DNA of 20,942 nt from Phycisphaeraceae bacterium (GCA_040905565.1 JBBDRF010000006.1:39058-59999), one strand, 5' to 3'; positions 1-12,167 are shown, numbered from the stretch's first letter. Program-made: numbers and translations. The notes: generated by a model not told the origin, from the sequence alone.

Positions 1-44
1 CGGCGGCTGTTGCTGTTGGGTGCTGGGGTTCGGGTGGGAGCGGT

Positions 45-2129
45 TCACGTCAGCGGTTGTCCCGGTAGCAGCGGGGGCATGGGGATGTCCAGATTGGCGC
101 TGACGGCACGCAGCAGTTCAGCTTCGCGCGTGGTGATCACGCCGTCAGCAGCGATGCACGCGGCGCAGGCGTTCAACACCGTCTGCTTCTGACGCAAGCC
201 CGTTTCCGCCAGCCGATCGAGCGCTTCACCGAGTTCATCAAGACCGCAGCGGATTTTGCTCCACATCTTCGGACGGTCGATCTTCAGCAGGGCTGCCCCG
301 GTTGCGAACGCCTGCTCGGCCTCGGCATCGCTGGCCGCGCCAGTGTAAGCGAGCATGGTCAGCAGGCAGGCGAGTTGTTCGCTCAGCGGCTTGAGGCTGT
401 AGTAGCGCGTCCGCGGCCGAGGCGTGCCGAGGATGGTCGGCTCGAGATGGTGCTCGACGACACGCTCGATCATCCATTCGAAAATACTCACCCGGCCGTC
501 GGCGTGAATCAGGTGCGTCATGTTCGTTTTGAACGCAGCGTACTGCTCAGCGGTGAGTTCGCGCAGGGCGGGCATGGCCAGTTCAATGAGCACGAGGCGA
601 AGCTCGTCGCCGAGATCCATCACGCTCGTCGCCAGCTGCTGTGTTGCGGCGTAGGCGGTCGGCTCGGCGTGGTGCTCAAGGCGTTTCAGCTGGGTGCTGC
701 GGATCGCCGAATCGGCATCGAGGAGCAACGCGTAGACGACGGCGCGGCTGCCTCCGGGTTCGTGAACGGCGGCGGCGACCTGCTCGGGGATCGCTTCACG
801 CAGCTTCCGGGCATGATCGAGGTGAGCGTCGGACGGCTGCCCGATCTGCGCCAGCGCTCGCTGCGCTTTGGCCCGTTGCTGAGCCAGCCTGCGGTCGGCG
901 GCCTGGCTCGCTGCGACGCGCTCAGCGAGTGTTCCCGCGATCACCGCACCACCGACAATCGCGTCGGCCATGCCAGCACCGGCCATGCTTTGCCCCTGGG
1001 GGTCAGCGTGGTCGGGCGCTTTGGTGGACTGCCGGTAGCGGCGGGTGGTGATCTTCGTGTAGCTGCCGTCCCACTTGGGATCGATCTGGCGGATGCGTGA
1101 CTTGAGTGCGGGGTGACTATCGAGCAGCGGCATGTGCAGCACCGCGTTGCCGATGAACATGTGGCTGGCTTCTTCGGCCTTGGCGGTCTTGAGCCGCGCC
1201 TGCCGATACGTGCCCCCGATCTTCCGCAGCGCTCCCGAGAGGCCTGCGGGGTTGCGGGTGAACTGCACAGCCGCGGCATCGGCGAGAAACTCACGCTGGC
1301 GGGAGACGGCAGCCTTGATGACGCGGCCGAACAGCACGCCGACCGACCCGATCGCGACAAGCAGCGCCCCTATCAGCAGCGCCACGAGCTTGCCCTTCCC
1401 GTCGTCGCTGCTGCTGCGGCGGCTGCCTACGGCGCTTGCGTAAAAGGCGCTCCGCAGTATCCCGTAGCCGATGATCGCGATGACCATGAGGCCGTGGATG
1501 ATGCCTGTGAGGCGGATGTTCATCCGCATGTCGCCGTTGAGGATGTGGCTGAATTCGTGGGCGATCACGCCTTGCAGTTCGTCGCGGTCGAGATGATCGA
1601 TCGCCCCCCGCGTGATGCCCACCACCGCGTCGTCGGGGGTGAAGCCGGCGGCGAAGGCATTGATGGTGTTCTCCTCGTTCATCACATAAACGGGAGGCAC
1701 GTTCATGCCCGACGCGATCGACATCTCTTCAACGACGTTGAGAAGCTGCCGTTCGGCGGGATCCTCTGTCTCGGGGGCCAAACGTTTCCCGCCGAGTGAG
1801 GCGGCGACGCCCGCCCCACCGCCACGCGCCAACGATCGCACCTTCAGGAGCGCGGCGCCGGAAATCAGCAGGAGGATGCCCGCGCCTACGCCGAGCACCA
1901 TCTCCAGTTGCCACATCGATTCCCAGAGCTTGGGCCAGTCGGCGGTACGGTTTTCGCCGCCGCCGTGGGGCCCCATCCACGCCGCCACGAACGCGACGAC
2001 GGGATAGGTCAGCGCCGTGATCAGCAACACCGCCAACGCCATGAGGACGATCAGCAGCAGCGTCCGCCGGCGCATCCGCGACTGCTGACCGAAGAAATCC
2101 ATCGTGGCATATGCGGCGTGCTGCGACAT
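45..2129 (-). CDS. M48 family (HtpX-like) membrane zinc metallopeptidase with long C-terminal extension
   Basis: N-terminal TM helices, LLNVVEEMSIASG, INAFAAG, HExxH (AHEFSH), SRQREFLADA, SHP. The C-terminus has TerB-like ADG..S/T..E motifs. Start placed at ATG 2129 (MSQHAA), which has GAGGGG upstream. Confidence 0.9.
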   Translation of the reverse strand: MSQHAAYATMDFFGQQSRMRRRTLLLIVLMALAVLLITALTYPVVAFVAAWMGPHGGGENRTADWPKLWESMWQLEMVLGVGAGILLLISGAALLKVRSLARGGGAGVAASLGGKRLAPETEDPAERQLLNVVEEMSIASGMNVPPVYVMNEENTINAFAAGFTPDDAVVGITRGAIDHLDRDELQGVIAHEFSHILNGDMRMNIRLTGIIHGLMVIAIIGYGILRSAFYASAVGSRRSSSDDGKGKLVALLIGALLVAIGSVGVLFGRVIKAAVSRQREFLADAAAVQFTRNPAGLSGALRKIGGTYRQARLKTAKAEEASHMFIGNAVLHMPLLDSHPALKSRIRQIDPKWDGSYTKITTRRYRQSTKAPDHADPQGQSMAGAGMADAIVGGAVIAGTLAERVAASQAADRRLAQQRAKAQRALAQIGQPSDAHLDHARKLREAIPEQVAAAVHEPGGSRAVVYALLLDADSAIRSTQLKRLEHHAEPTAYAATQQLATSVMDLGDELRLVLIELAMPALRELTAEQYAAFKTNMTHLIHADGRVSIFEWMIERVVEHHLEPTILGTPRPRTRYYSLKPLSEQLACLLTMLAYTGAASDAEAEQAFATGAALLKIDRPKMWSKIRCGLDELGEALDRLAETGLRQKQTVLNACAACIAADGVITTREAELLRAVSANLDIPMPPLLPGQPLT

Positions 2130-2168
2130 GACCGGCCCCTCAACGTGCCGCCTTCGACGCATTCGCGG

Positions 2169-3524
2169 TTACGGGAGTTCTTTGATGGCGAGCTTGCGGT
2201 AGGCGACGGGGTTGCCGTGGCCGGCCAGACCGAAGTAGCCCTGCGTGCGGGTTCGGCCGGCGTAGCGGTCGGCGTCGCCGCCCATGTAGTCTTCGACGGC
2301 TTCGAGGTCGCCGTCGACGATGACGTAGCCGTTGAGTTCGACGGTAATGCGTGAGCCGTTGACGGTGATTTCCGAGTAGTTCCACTCGCCGGTCGGGCGG
2401 AGGAAGCCGCGGTGAGCGGCGATCTGGCCGTAGACGCTGCCGTTGTACTGGCGCGGGTCGAGTTCCGCATAGCTTTCAGCGTCATCGTCGAGCACCTGCA
2501 GTTCGGTCATGCCGACGTAGGCGGTATCGCCCTCGCCGGGGTAGCGGATGGCGAGGCCGTTGTTGTCGCCGGGCTCGAGTTTGTATTCGAGGCGGGCGAT
2601 GAAGTTGCCGTACTCTTTTTCGGTGTGGATCGTGCCGTGGCCGGAGAGGATTGCGCCGTCTTCGACGGTGTTGTTGTCGTTATCGACGGGGCCGGTCCAG
2701 CCGCTGAAGTCCTGGCCGTTGAAGATGGGCTTGAACTTCGGGTCGGGCACGTTGCGCGCGGGGCCGCCGTTGCGGAGAATGGTGTTGGCCTCGGCGTGGT
2801 CGATCTCGCGGATGAAGAGGTTGCGCCAGCGGATTTCGCCGCCGTGGGTTTGCAGCTGGATGGGGCCGTCCTTCCAGAGGGGCTGGGAGCGATCCCAGAA
2901 GTTTTCCATCACGGCGTGATCGACGACCATCTGCCCGTTAAGCCAGACGGTGACGCGTGAGCCGACCATGACGATGCGGACGGCGTTCCACTCACCGAAG
3001 GGGCGGTCGGCCCGCAGGAGGGGGTCTTTGCCCGGGGCGCCGGGGCTGTTATTCCACAGGCCGCCGGAGCCGAGGTGGCTGCCGTTGCCCCAGCCGGCTT
3101 CCTGGGTCCAGTCCCAGATCTGAACCTGCGGATTGCCGCGCAGGTAGATGCCGCTGTCGGCGCCGGCCTTGGTGCGATATTCCAGGAGCAGTTCGAAGTC
3201 GCCGTACTCCTTGGCCGTGGTCATGTAGGGTCCATGGCCGTCGTTGATCAGCACGCCGTCTTCGACGGTCCAGTGGTTGCGCGCGACGCGTGTCCACTCA
3301 GCGAGCTGCTCCTGGCGTTCGTTCTCATCCATGGCCCAGAGCTCACGCGGATCGAAGTGGGGCATGCCGTGCCAGCCTTCGAGGTTCTCGCCGTTGAACA
3401 ATGCCTGGAAACCTTTGGGCGGCTGATTGAGCGGTCGTTCGGCCAGGGCCGCCAGCGGAAGGCCTGCGGTGAACAGGCAGACGAACATCACGATCACAGG
3501 CATACGGGAGAGAGACAGGTGCAT
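2169..3524 (-). CDS. Secreted protein with two DUF1080 (3-keto-disaccharide hydrolase family) domains
   Basis: Two repeats of LFNG.nl.GW / W.VEDG / YGDF.L.LEY / DSGIYLR or NNGLAIR / GEWN / G.I.LQ.HG. Signal peptide ends ...PLAALA. Start placed at ATG 3524 after AAGGA. Confidence 0.88.
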   Translation of the reverse strand: MHLSLSRMPVIVMFVCLFTAGLPLAALAERPLNQPPKGFQALFNGENLEGWHGMPHFDPRELWAMDENERQEQLAEWTRVARNHWTVEDGVLINDGHGPYMTTAKEYGDFELLLEYRTKAGADSGIYLRGNPQVQIWDWTQEAGWGNGSHLGSGGLWNNSPGAPGKDPLLRADRPFGEWNAVRIVMVGSRVTVWLNGQMVVDHAVMENFWDRSQPLWKDGPIQLQTHGGEIRWRNLFIREIDHAEANTILRNGGPARNVPDPKFKPIFNGQDFSGWTGPVDNDNNTVEDGAILSGHGTIHTEKEYGNFIARLEYKLEPGDNNGLAIRYPGEGDTAYVGMTELQVLDDDAESYAELDPRQYNGSVYGQIAAHRGFLRPTGEWNYSEITVNGSRITVELNGYVIVDGDLEAVEDYMGGDADRYAGRTRTQGYFGLAGHGNPVAYRKLAIKELP

Positions 3525-3641
3525 CAGGGGAATCCTTTTACTAAAGATGATCCTCATCAAGGCGGGCAGGACAAGGCGATTCCATGGTACCAGCCGCCAC
3601 GGGATGCCGCTAACAGAAAACGCTGACAAGGATGCCGATGC

Positions 3642-3678
3642 AAAAAAACCGGGCGAGACTTTTTGAAGTCCCGCCCGG
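3642..3678 (-). terminator. Rho-independent terminator of katG
   Basis: Minus strand reads CCGGGCGGGACTT-CAAA-AAGTCTCGCCCGG followed by T7, about 30 nt after the katG stop. Confidence 0.85.
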
Positions 3679-3710
3679 TAGCTTGAGCTTGAATCGCTGG
3701 CCTGAATGGG

Positions 3711-6149
<2,439 letters not shown>

Positions 6150-6152
6150 CTA

Positions 6153-6189
6153 AGACAAAAACGCTATCAGTAGGATAGCCAGCACCTAT
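6153..6189. promoter_or_regulatory. OxyR-type binding site upstream of katG
   Basis: AGAC-N7-CTAT-N7-ATAG-N7-CTAT versus the consensus ATAG-N7-CTAT-N7-ATAG-N7-CTAT: 3 of 4 tetramers perfect with exact spacing, 150 bp upstream of katG. Confidence 0.75.
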
Positions 6190-6291
6190 AGCTCAAGCTT
6201 TTCGAATATGCGATATTGTTGGGTTCGGCCCCCGCCCCGCCCGCCAGCTTTCGCGTCCACGGCCGGCGCGTGAAGAATCTGGCGGACCAAA

Positions 6292-6365
6292 TACCTCCGG
6301 CTGGGCTCGAACCAGCGACCTGCCGCTTAGAAGGCGGCTGCTCTGTCCAACTGAGCTACGGAGGC
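6292..6365 (-). tRNA. tRNA-Arg(UCU)
   Basis: Cloverleaf: acceptor GCCTCCG/CGGAGGT, anticodon arm GCCGC-CT-TCT-AA-GCGGC, T-arm GCTGG-TTCGAGC-CCAGC. CCA not encoded. Confidence 0.96.
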
Positions 6366-6458
6366 AGCTTAGAGCATTGTACCGTCCTCGCCTTTCGCTC
6401 CCAGTGCGCCCCAGGGCTGCGTGCGGGGGAGGCGGAAACGGCGAGCTGCGATTGCCCG

Positions 6459-7844
6459 CTAACGGGGGGTGAGCTGCTGGTAGATTTTACGGCAGCGGGT
6501 GGCGGCGCCGTCCCAGCTGAGGCTGCGGACTTCGAGCTCGGCTTCCTCACGCAGGGTCTGGCTCAGCACGGGATGCCGCAGCACGGCGATGATCTTGTTG
6601 GCGATGTCATCGACGTCCCAGAAATCAACCTTGAGCGCGTGCGTAAGCACCTCAGCCACGCCTGACGATCGGCTGATGATCACGGGCACGTCATGACGAA
6701 TCGCTTCAAGCGGGGCGATGCCGAACGGCTCGCTGACCGAGGGCATGACGTAAACGTCGGCCAGCTGAAAGACGCGCTCGACGTCTTTCCCCCTGAGAAA
6801 CCCGGTAAAAAGCACTTTGTGACTGATGCCCATCCGCTGAGCGAGCTGGGTGACCTTGCGGATCATGTCGCCCGACCCGGCCATGACGAACTTCACGTTG
6901 TCGTACTTCTCGAGCACTTTGCGAGCGGCGGCGAGGAAGTACTCGGGCCCCTTCTGAAACGTGATGCGTCCCAGGAAAAGCACGATCTTGTCGCCGGCCT
7001 GAATGCGGGCGGTGGGCTCGACGGCGGTGTCGCTTTCGATGCCGTTGTAGACGACCTCGAGCTTCTCAGCAGGCAGATCGTAGCGGTGCATGCAGATGTT
7101 GCCGGTGAGGTAGGAGACGCAGATCACGGCGTCGGCGGCGTGCATGCCCCGCCGTTCAATCTCGTAGATGCGCGAGTCGATGTTCGTGCCCGCCCGGTCA
7201 AACTCCGTCGAATGCACATGCACGACCAGCGGCTTGCCGGTGCGCTTGGCCAGCTCCATCGCGGCGGGGTAGGTCATCCAGTCGTGTGCATGAATGACAT
7301 CGAACGACTCGTCGGCAGTCAGCTTTAGACACGTCTCGGCGTAACGGTTGACGACCTGCATCAAGTCGCCGGCGTAATCGTCCTGATCCAGCAGATCGGA
7401 CGGTTCAGGGTATTCCGACTCGAGGAACGATGCGGGATACGCGGGAGGCATGGGCCCAGCTTCGCTTTGCCGACCGAGCAGGCGACGGTGACGGCGAATC
7501 AACTGTTCGGTGCGCGTGTCGATCTCGCTGCCGGGGTACGGCGAGGGAAGCGAGGCAGGCATGGTGCGGAAGATCACGTGATCGAACTCGGTGAGCTGAT
7601 ACGTCAGGCCCTCTTCGAGCTCGTTTTCAGCATGTTCAGCCTGCGGCCCACCTGTGGCGGCACGACGCGAACCGGGGCTCAGCAGTTTGACGTGGCCGGA
7701 GTATTCCTCGGCGACGGTTTTGGGCAGCACGAAAAGTACGGACACACCCTGTCGGCTCAGCGCCTTGGTGAGGCCGTAACAGGCGGTGCCCAGCCCGCCG
7801 CTGATAAACGGGGGAAATTCCCAACCCAACATCAATACGCGCAT
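6459..7844 (-). CDS. GT4 family glycosyltransferase (glycogen/alpha-glucan synthase-like)
   Basis: MRVLMLGWEFPP..SGGLGTAC, DVIHAHDW, HVHSTEFDR, LFLGRITFQKG, PSVSEPFGIAPLEA. Confidence 0.92.
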   Translation of the reverse strand: MRVLMLGWEFPPFISGGLGTACYGLTKALSRQGVSVLFVLPKTVAEEYSGHVKLLSPGSRRAATGGPQAEHAENELEEGLTYQLTEFDHVIFRTMPASLPSPYPGSEIDTRTEQLIRRHRRLLGRQSEAGPMPPAYPASFLESEYPEPSDLLDQDDYAGDLMQVVNRYAETCLKLTADESFDVIHAHDWMTYPAAMELAKRTGKPLVVHVHSTEFDRAGTNIDSRIYEIERRGMHAADAVICVSYLTGNICMHRYDLPAEKLEVVYNGIESDTAVEPTARIQAGDKIVLFLGRITFQKGPEYFLAAARKVLEKYDNVKFVMAGSGDMIRKVTQLAQRMGISHKVLFTGFLRGKDVERVFQLADVYVMPSVSEPFGIAPLEAIRHDVPVIISRSSGVAEVLTHALKVDFWDVDDIANKIIAVLRHPVLSQTLREEAELEVRSLSWDGAATRCRKIYQQLTPR

Positions 7845-7982
7845 CCGACAATCCCTGCTCTAAAGCGGGCCAGCGTCTCTGAACTCGGGACGTGACTTTA
7901 CCAGCCTGCTGCGGATCCCGCTATGCAGGCGTTTCGGGGCGAGCTTGCGTTGGGGGCGATGGAAGCCGACACTTGGCGGGCT

Positions 7983-8708
7983 ATGAGCAAAGCGAAAACC
8001 ACGAAGGGCCGACCGCGGCGAGCCGACGAGCTTCGGCCGATCACGATCGAGCGTCACTTTCCGACTGCAGCACCGGGCAGCGTTCTCATCAGCATGGGCG
8101 AAACGCGGGTGCTTTGCACCGCCAGCATCGCCACGGAGCCGCCGCCGTGGCTGAAGCACGCCGACCCGCCACGGGGCTGGGTGACCGCTGAGTATGCGAT
8201 GCTGCCGGGCTCGACGCCGGACCGCAAACGCAGAGGGCCTGACTCGCGCGGGACAGAGATCAAACGGCTGATCGGACGGGCGCTGCGGGCTGCGGTGGAC
8301 ACTTCGAAGATGCCCGGGCTGATGATCACCTGCGACTGCGATGTGCTTCACGCGGACGGCGGCACCCGCACCGCCAGCATCACCGGTGCGTACGTGGCAC
8401 TCGCCGACGCTTTGCATTCCGCACGGGAGGCGGGCCTGATTACGGGCAATCCGCTGATCGGACCGGTCGCGGCGATCAGCACCGGCGTCATCGACGGCAA
8501 GGTTCACCTCGATCTGGATTATGCACTGGATTCGCGGGCGGATGTCGACATGAACGTGGTGATGAACCATCGTGGCCAGTTCATCGAGATTCAGGGCACG
8601 GCGGAGCAGGCACCGTTCGGCGGCAAGGAGCTTCAGAAGATGCTCGATCAGGCCGGCCGAGGAATTCGGAAGCTGATCCGGGCGCAGCGGGCGGCGCTGA
8701 AAGATTGA
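7983..8708 (+). CDS. rph: Ribonuclease PH
   Basis: R..DELRPI, GSVLI.MGETRVLCTAS, GWVTAEYAMLPGST, EIKRLIGRALRA, CDVL.ADGGTRTASITG, DMNVVM, EIQGTAE. Start placed at ATG 7983. Confidence 0.96.
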   Translation: MSKAKTTKGRPRRADELRPITIERHFPTAAPGSVLISMGETRVLCTASIATEPPPWLKHADPPRGWVTAEYAMLPGSTPDRKRRGPDSRGTEIKRLIGRALRAAVDTSKMPGLMITCDCDVLHADGGTRTASITGAYVALADALHSAREAGLITGNPLIGPVAAISTGVIDGKVHLDLDYALDSRADVDMNVVMNHRGQFIEIQGTAEQAPFGGKELQKMLDQAGRGIRKLIRAQRAALKD

Positions 8709-8747
8709 TACGGGGGCTGCACCTCAGGTCTATCAGAACGCAAGATC

Positions 8748-8891
8748 ACGAGCCGCGACCGTAAGGGAGCGGACCGGCGTTCGACCTCGCGCGGCCGATC
8801 CGTCACGCGGCGCCGTTCCCGAACCGCGCTCCCATGCGAAGCCGTTCCCCGTTTCCGGACGCACAACCGCTCCCTTACGGTCGCGGCTCGT
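8748..8891. repeat. REP/REPIN-like doublet: perfect 25-bp inverted repeats around a 94-bp spacer
   Basis: ACGAGCCGCGACCGTAAGGGAGCGG (8748-8772) and its exact reverse complement (8867-8891), between the convergent rph and dctM genes. Confidence 0.85.
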
Positions 8892-8899
8892 ATCCAACA

Positions 8900-10228
8900 T
8901 TACGGCTCGTTGTGGACACCACGATCTATTTCAAAGAAACTGCTTAGCCACTCGGGGACCTCGCCCAGGCCCAGGGCGATCTGCGGGAAGATCATCACCA
9001 GCAGTGCCGACACGAGCAGAATCGCGATGAACGGCGGCGTGCCTCGGATGACCTCCAGGTACGGCCGGCGGAAGATGGCGATGGCGGTGAAGATGTCGCA
9101 GCCGAACGGCGGGGTGGCTGAGCCGATCGCCACCTGCATCGTCACGATCACGCCGACGAGGATGGGGTCGATGCCCGCAGCGGCGGCGATGGGCGCGAAG
9201 ATCGGCGTCAAGATCAGAATCACCACGATCGGGTCCACGAACATGCACCCGATGAAGTAGGCCACCGCGATCGTCAGCAGAATGGTCCAGTAGCCCGAGG
9301 TTTCGTCGAGGCTGATCAGGAAGCCCGGCAGCTCCGCGAAGGAGATGACCCACGAGAACGCCGCCCCCGCGCCGACAAGCACGAACACGACGGCAGTGAT
9401 GAGCCCGCTGTTGAGGGCGATGCTGCGAAGGTCGTGCATCTTCAGTTCACGGAAGACGACGGTCTCGAGCAGCACGGCATAGCCGACCGAGATCGCTGCT
9501 GCTTCGGTGGGGCTGAAGAAGCCGCCGTAGATCCCGCCGATGATGATGATCGGGAAACCCAGGGGCCAGAGGGCGCGCTTGAGCGCGACGTTGCGTTCGT
9601 CGGTTGTCGCCTTCTGCAGCCTTGGGATGTTCAGGCGGATCGAGGCGATGTAGCAGTAGATGCAGAAGAACAGCAGGATCATCAGGCCCGGGCCGATGCC
9701 GGCGATGAACAGGTCGCCGATGGAGACCTGCGCGACGACGCCGTAGACGATCATGCCGATGCTTGGGGGGATCAGCAGGGCAATATCGCTGGCGTTGATG
9801 ATGAGTGCGGACGTGAACGAATCGGAGTAGCCGGCTTTGAGCAGCCTTGGGCGAAGGGGCCCGCCCACGGCGACGACGGTGGCCTGCGTGGAGCCGGAGA
9901 TGGCGCCGAAGACGGTGCAACTGATGGCGCTGGTGATCGGCAGGCCGCCTCGTAGATGGCCGACGCAGCTCATGACCGCGTCGAGCAGGCGGTTCGCAGC
10001 CTGGCCGCGGGTCATGACATCCGCTGCAAGGATGAACATCGGCACAGCGACGAGGGAGCCGGGCGTGATGCCGCCGATCCACTGTTGAATCATGATGCGC
10101 GGATCGACATCGGGGAAGAAGGCGATCATCACCACCAGGGCCGACATCAGCAGCGGGACCTTCATGGGAAAGCCCAGCAGCAGCAGCACCAGCATGATCG
10201 CCACAATGACGAGCGTGATTTCCAGCAT
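8900..10228 (-). CDS. dctM: TRAP transporter large permease (DctM; TeaC-like)
   Basis: Highly hydrophobic; AVPMFILA, GHLRGGL, FGAISGS, LLIPPSI, FSPTEAA, TPPFG. Confidence 0.93.
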   Translation of the reverse strand: MLEITLVIVAIMLVLLLLGFPMKVPLLMSALVVMIAFFPDVDPRIMIQQWIGGITPGSLVAVPMFILAADVMTRGQAANRLLDAVMSCVGHLRGGLPITSAISCTVFGAISGSTQATVVAVGGPLRPRLLKAGYSDSFTSALIINASDIALLIPPSIGMIVYGVVAQVSIGDLFIAGIGPGLMILLFFCIYCYIASIRLNIPRLQKATTDERNVALKRALWPLGFPIIIIGGIYGGFFSPTEAAAISVGYAVLLETVVFRELKMHDLRSIALNSGLITAVVFVLVGAGAAFSWVISFAELPGFLISLDETSGYWTILLTIAVAYFIGCMFVDPIVVILILTPIFAPIAAAAGIDPILVGVIVTMQVAIGSATPPFGCDIFTAIAIFRRPYLEVIRGTPPFIAILLVSALLVMIFPQIALGLGEVPEWLSSFFEIDRGVHNEP

Positions 10229-10821
10229 CAGATGTGCCCCTGCCCTTTGGGTTCACCCGACTCGGCGGCCGCGGCCTCGTCGGGCTCGGCTGCGGTGGTC
10301 TCGGGCTCGGCATACGCGTCGCTGTGGCCGTAGCTCATGTAAACTATGTCTCCCCGCTCACGCAGGTTCCGCACCACCGTCAACGCGTATTGAATTCCCG
10401 CCAGCACCAGGCCCAGCGGGGCCGAGAGATACACAATGTAAAGCGGCACCCGAAGCGTCGGCGAAACCGAATCCAGCTCACGCACCACCGAGATGTACCC
10501 CACCGACCAGTACGCCAGGTAGAACATCAACAGCGACGTCACCGCTGCGATCACGATCATCAGCGCCCGCCTCGGCTTCACCGGGAGCATGTCGTAAAAC
10601 GCCGTCATGCGGATGTGCCGGCCTTCGCTCGCGGCGTAACTGAGGCCGACGAAGCAGACGATGATGATGAGGAAGCCGGTCAATTCCTCAGCGAAGGCGA
10701 GCGAGTAGTTAAACGTGACGCGGGCGATCACGTTCAAAATGGTCAGCACAGCCATGGCGATCATCGCCCAGGCGAGCAGCCATTCCTCGATCTTGTGGAT
10801 CACTTTGAACAACTGCGACAT
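10228..10821 (-). CDS. dctQ: TRAP transporter small permease (DctQ; TeaB-like)
   Basis: Four TM segments, NVIAR...AEEL, GRHIRM. Stop overlaps the dctM start. Start placed at ATG 10821 (MSQLFK). Confidence 0.88.
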   Translation of the reverse strand: MSQLFKVIHKIEEWLLAWAMIAMAVLTILNVIARVTFNYSLAFAEELTGFLIIIVCFVGLSYAASEGRHIRMTAFYDMLPVKPRRALMIVIAAVTSLLMFYLAYWSVGYISVVRELDSVSPTLRVPLYIVYLSAPLGLVLAGIQYALTVVRNLRERGDIVYMSYGHSDAYAEPETTAAEPDEAAAAESGEPKGQGHI

Positions 10822-10966
10822 GGTGACGCTGCCTGTTAGGAACGAAGATGCAAAGGCCGCTGCGTACCCCACCGATGATAAGGCGAGCCAACCGAGCGTC
10901 AAGGAAAGCGCTGCGGGCCACGATTGCACTCTCGACGCCGTCGGCGTCATGCGCTAAGGTAGAGGC

Positions 10967-12049
10967 ATGATCTTTGCGAAAGCTGAATATCTCCGCCGCG
11001 TCGCCACGCTCGCCTTCGCCATGCTGTTCACCGCGTTCCTCAGCGGATGCGGGGAGGAGACCAGCGAAGAAGTCGAAGCGGCTTTGGCCGAGGATGTTGA
11101 AGTCTGGCGCTTCGCCATTGAGGAAACGGCCGGCGGCGTTCAGCACGCCTATGCCGAGCGATTCAAGGAACTCATCGAAGAGCGTACCGACGGCGACGTA
11201 CGGGTCACCATCTACACCTACGGTACGCTCGGCACCAGCGACCACGTCACCGAACTGCTCCGCATGGGTTCGGTGCATTTCGCGATGGCTTCGCCGGGGC
11301 ATATCGGGACGGTCATTCCCGAGGTTCAGGCTCTGCTGCTGCACTTCGTGTTCTCCGACGATCCGCTCGTGAACAAGCGGGCCCTGCAGGAAGCGGGCGA
11401 ACTGCGGAATACGCTGAACGAGCTTTATGACGCCAAGGGCTTTCAGCTGCTTTCGATCTATCAGGAAGGCTGGATGGCGTGGACGGCGGACCGTGAGATC
11501 CGCACGCCCGACGATTTTCAGGGCCTCCGCATCCGCGTCATGACCACGCCCACCCTCCTCGCCGCTTACCAGGCCTACGGTGCGGCCCCCACCCCGATGG
11601 CCTACGGCGAAGTGTACAGCGGCCTGCAACTCGGGCAGATCGACGCACAGGTGAACCCTCTCTTCGCCATCCGCGACATGAGCTTTTATGAGGTGAACGA
11701 CTACCTGATCATGGGCCGTCATGCTCCGTTCATCACCACCGCCATGACGAATCGCGATTTCATGGAAGGCCTCTCCGCAGATCGCCGAGAACTCGTCACG
11801 CAGACCGTCGACGAACTGCACGATTACATTTTCGACATGCAGCAGCAGTTCAATCAGGAAGCGTTGGAAGACATCCGCGAGAACCGCCCGGAACTGAACA
11901 TCGTGGCCTCGCTGACCGATGAGGAACGCCAGGCTTTCCGCGAGGCCAGCCTCGGCGTCCGGCAGTGGTACATCGACACAGTCGGCCCCACCGGCGAGCA
12001 GGTGCTCAACCAACTCCTCGCCGCCGTCGAAGCCGCCGAGCAGGAATAA
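10967..12049 (+). CDS. dctP: TRAP solute-binding lipoprotein (DctP; resembles TeaA/UehA ectoine binders)
   Basis: Lipobox LSG-C, WRFAIEE...VQ, IRTPDDFQGLRIRVM, PMAYGEVYSGLQLGQIDAQVNP, FYEV. GAGG RBS. Confidence 0.9.
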   Translation: MIFAKAEYLRRVATLAFAMLFTAFLSGCGEETSEEVEAALAEDVEVWRFAIEETAGGVQHAYAERFKELIEERTDGDVRVTIYTYGTLGTSDHVTELLRMGSVHFAMASPGHIGTVIPEVQALLLHFVFSDDPLVNKRALQEAGELRNTLNELYDAKGFQLLSIYQEGWMAWTADREIRTPDDFQGLRIRVMTTPTLLAAYQAYGAAPTPMAYGEVYSGLQLGQIDAQVNPLFAIRDMSFYEVNDYLIMGRHAPFITTAMTNRDFMEGLSADRRELVTQTVDELHDYIFDMQQQFNQEALEDIRENRPELNIVASLTDEERQAFREASLGVRQWYIDTVGPTGEQVLNQLLAAVEAAEQE

Positions 12050-12167
12050 CCCCCCCACTTCCCGTCCCCGCATCAACCGCGCAAGAGCCGGGCTGTCCGC
12101 ATCCCGCCCCGCCCCGCCCCCCGCCGGCCCAGCTCTCTTGCTCGCCGTATTCCCAATCGTTCCCACC

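Noticed and set aside
6216..6665. 149-aa ORF over tRNA-Arg, and the short ORFs over tRNA-Asn
   Set aside because: They overlap clear tRNA genes and are spurious translations.
12050..12130. C-rich runs (G4-like on the minus strand), also at about 6229-6245
   Set aside because: Low-complexity GC-rich intergenic DNA with no independent evidence of function.
10709..12166. 485-aa minus-strand ORF
   Set aside because: Mostly antisense to dctP; no domain signal.
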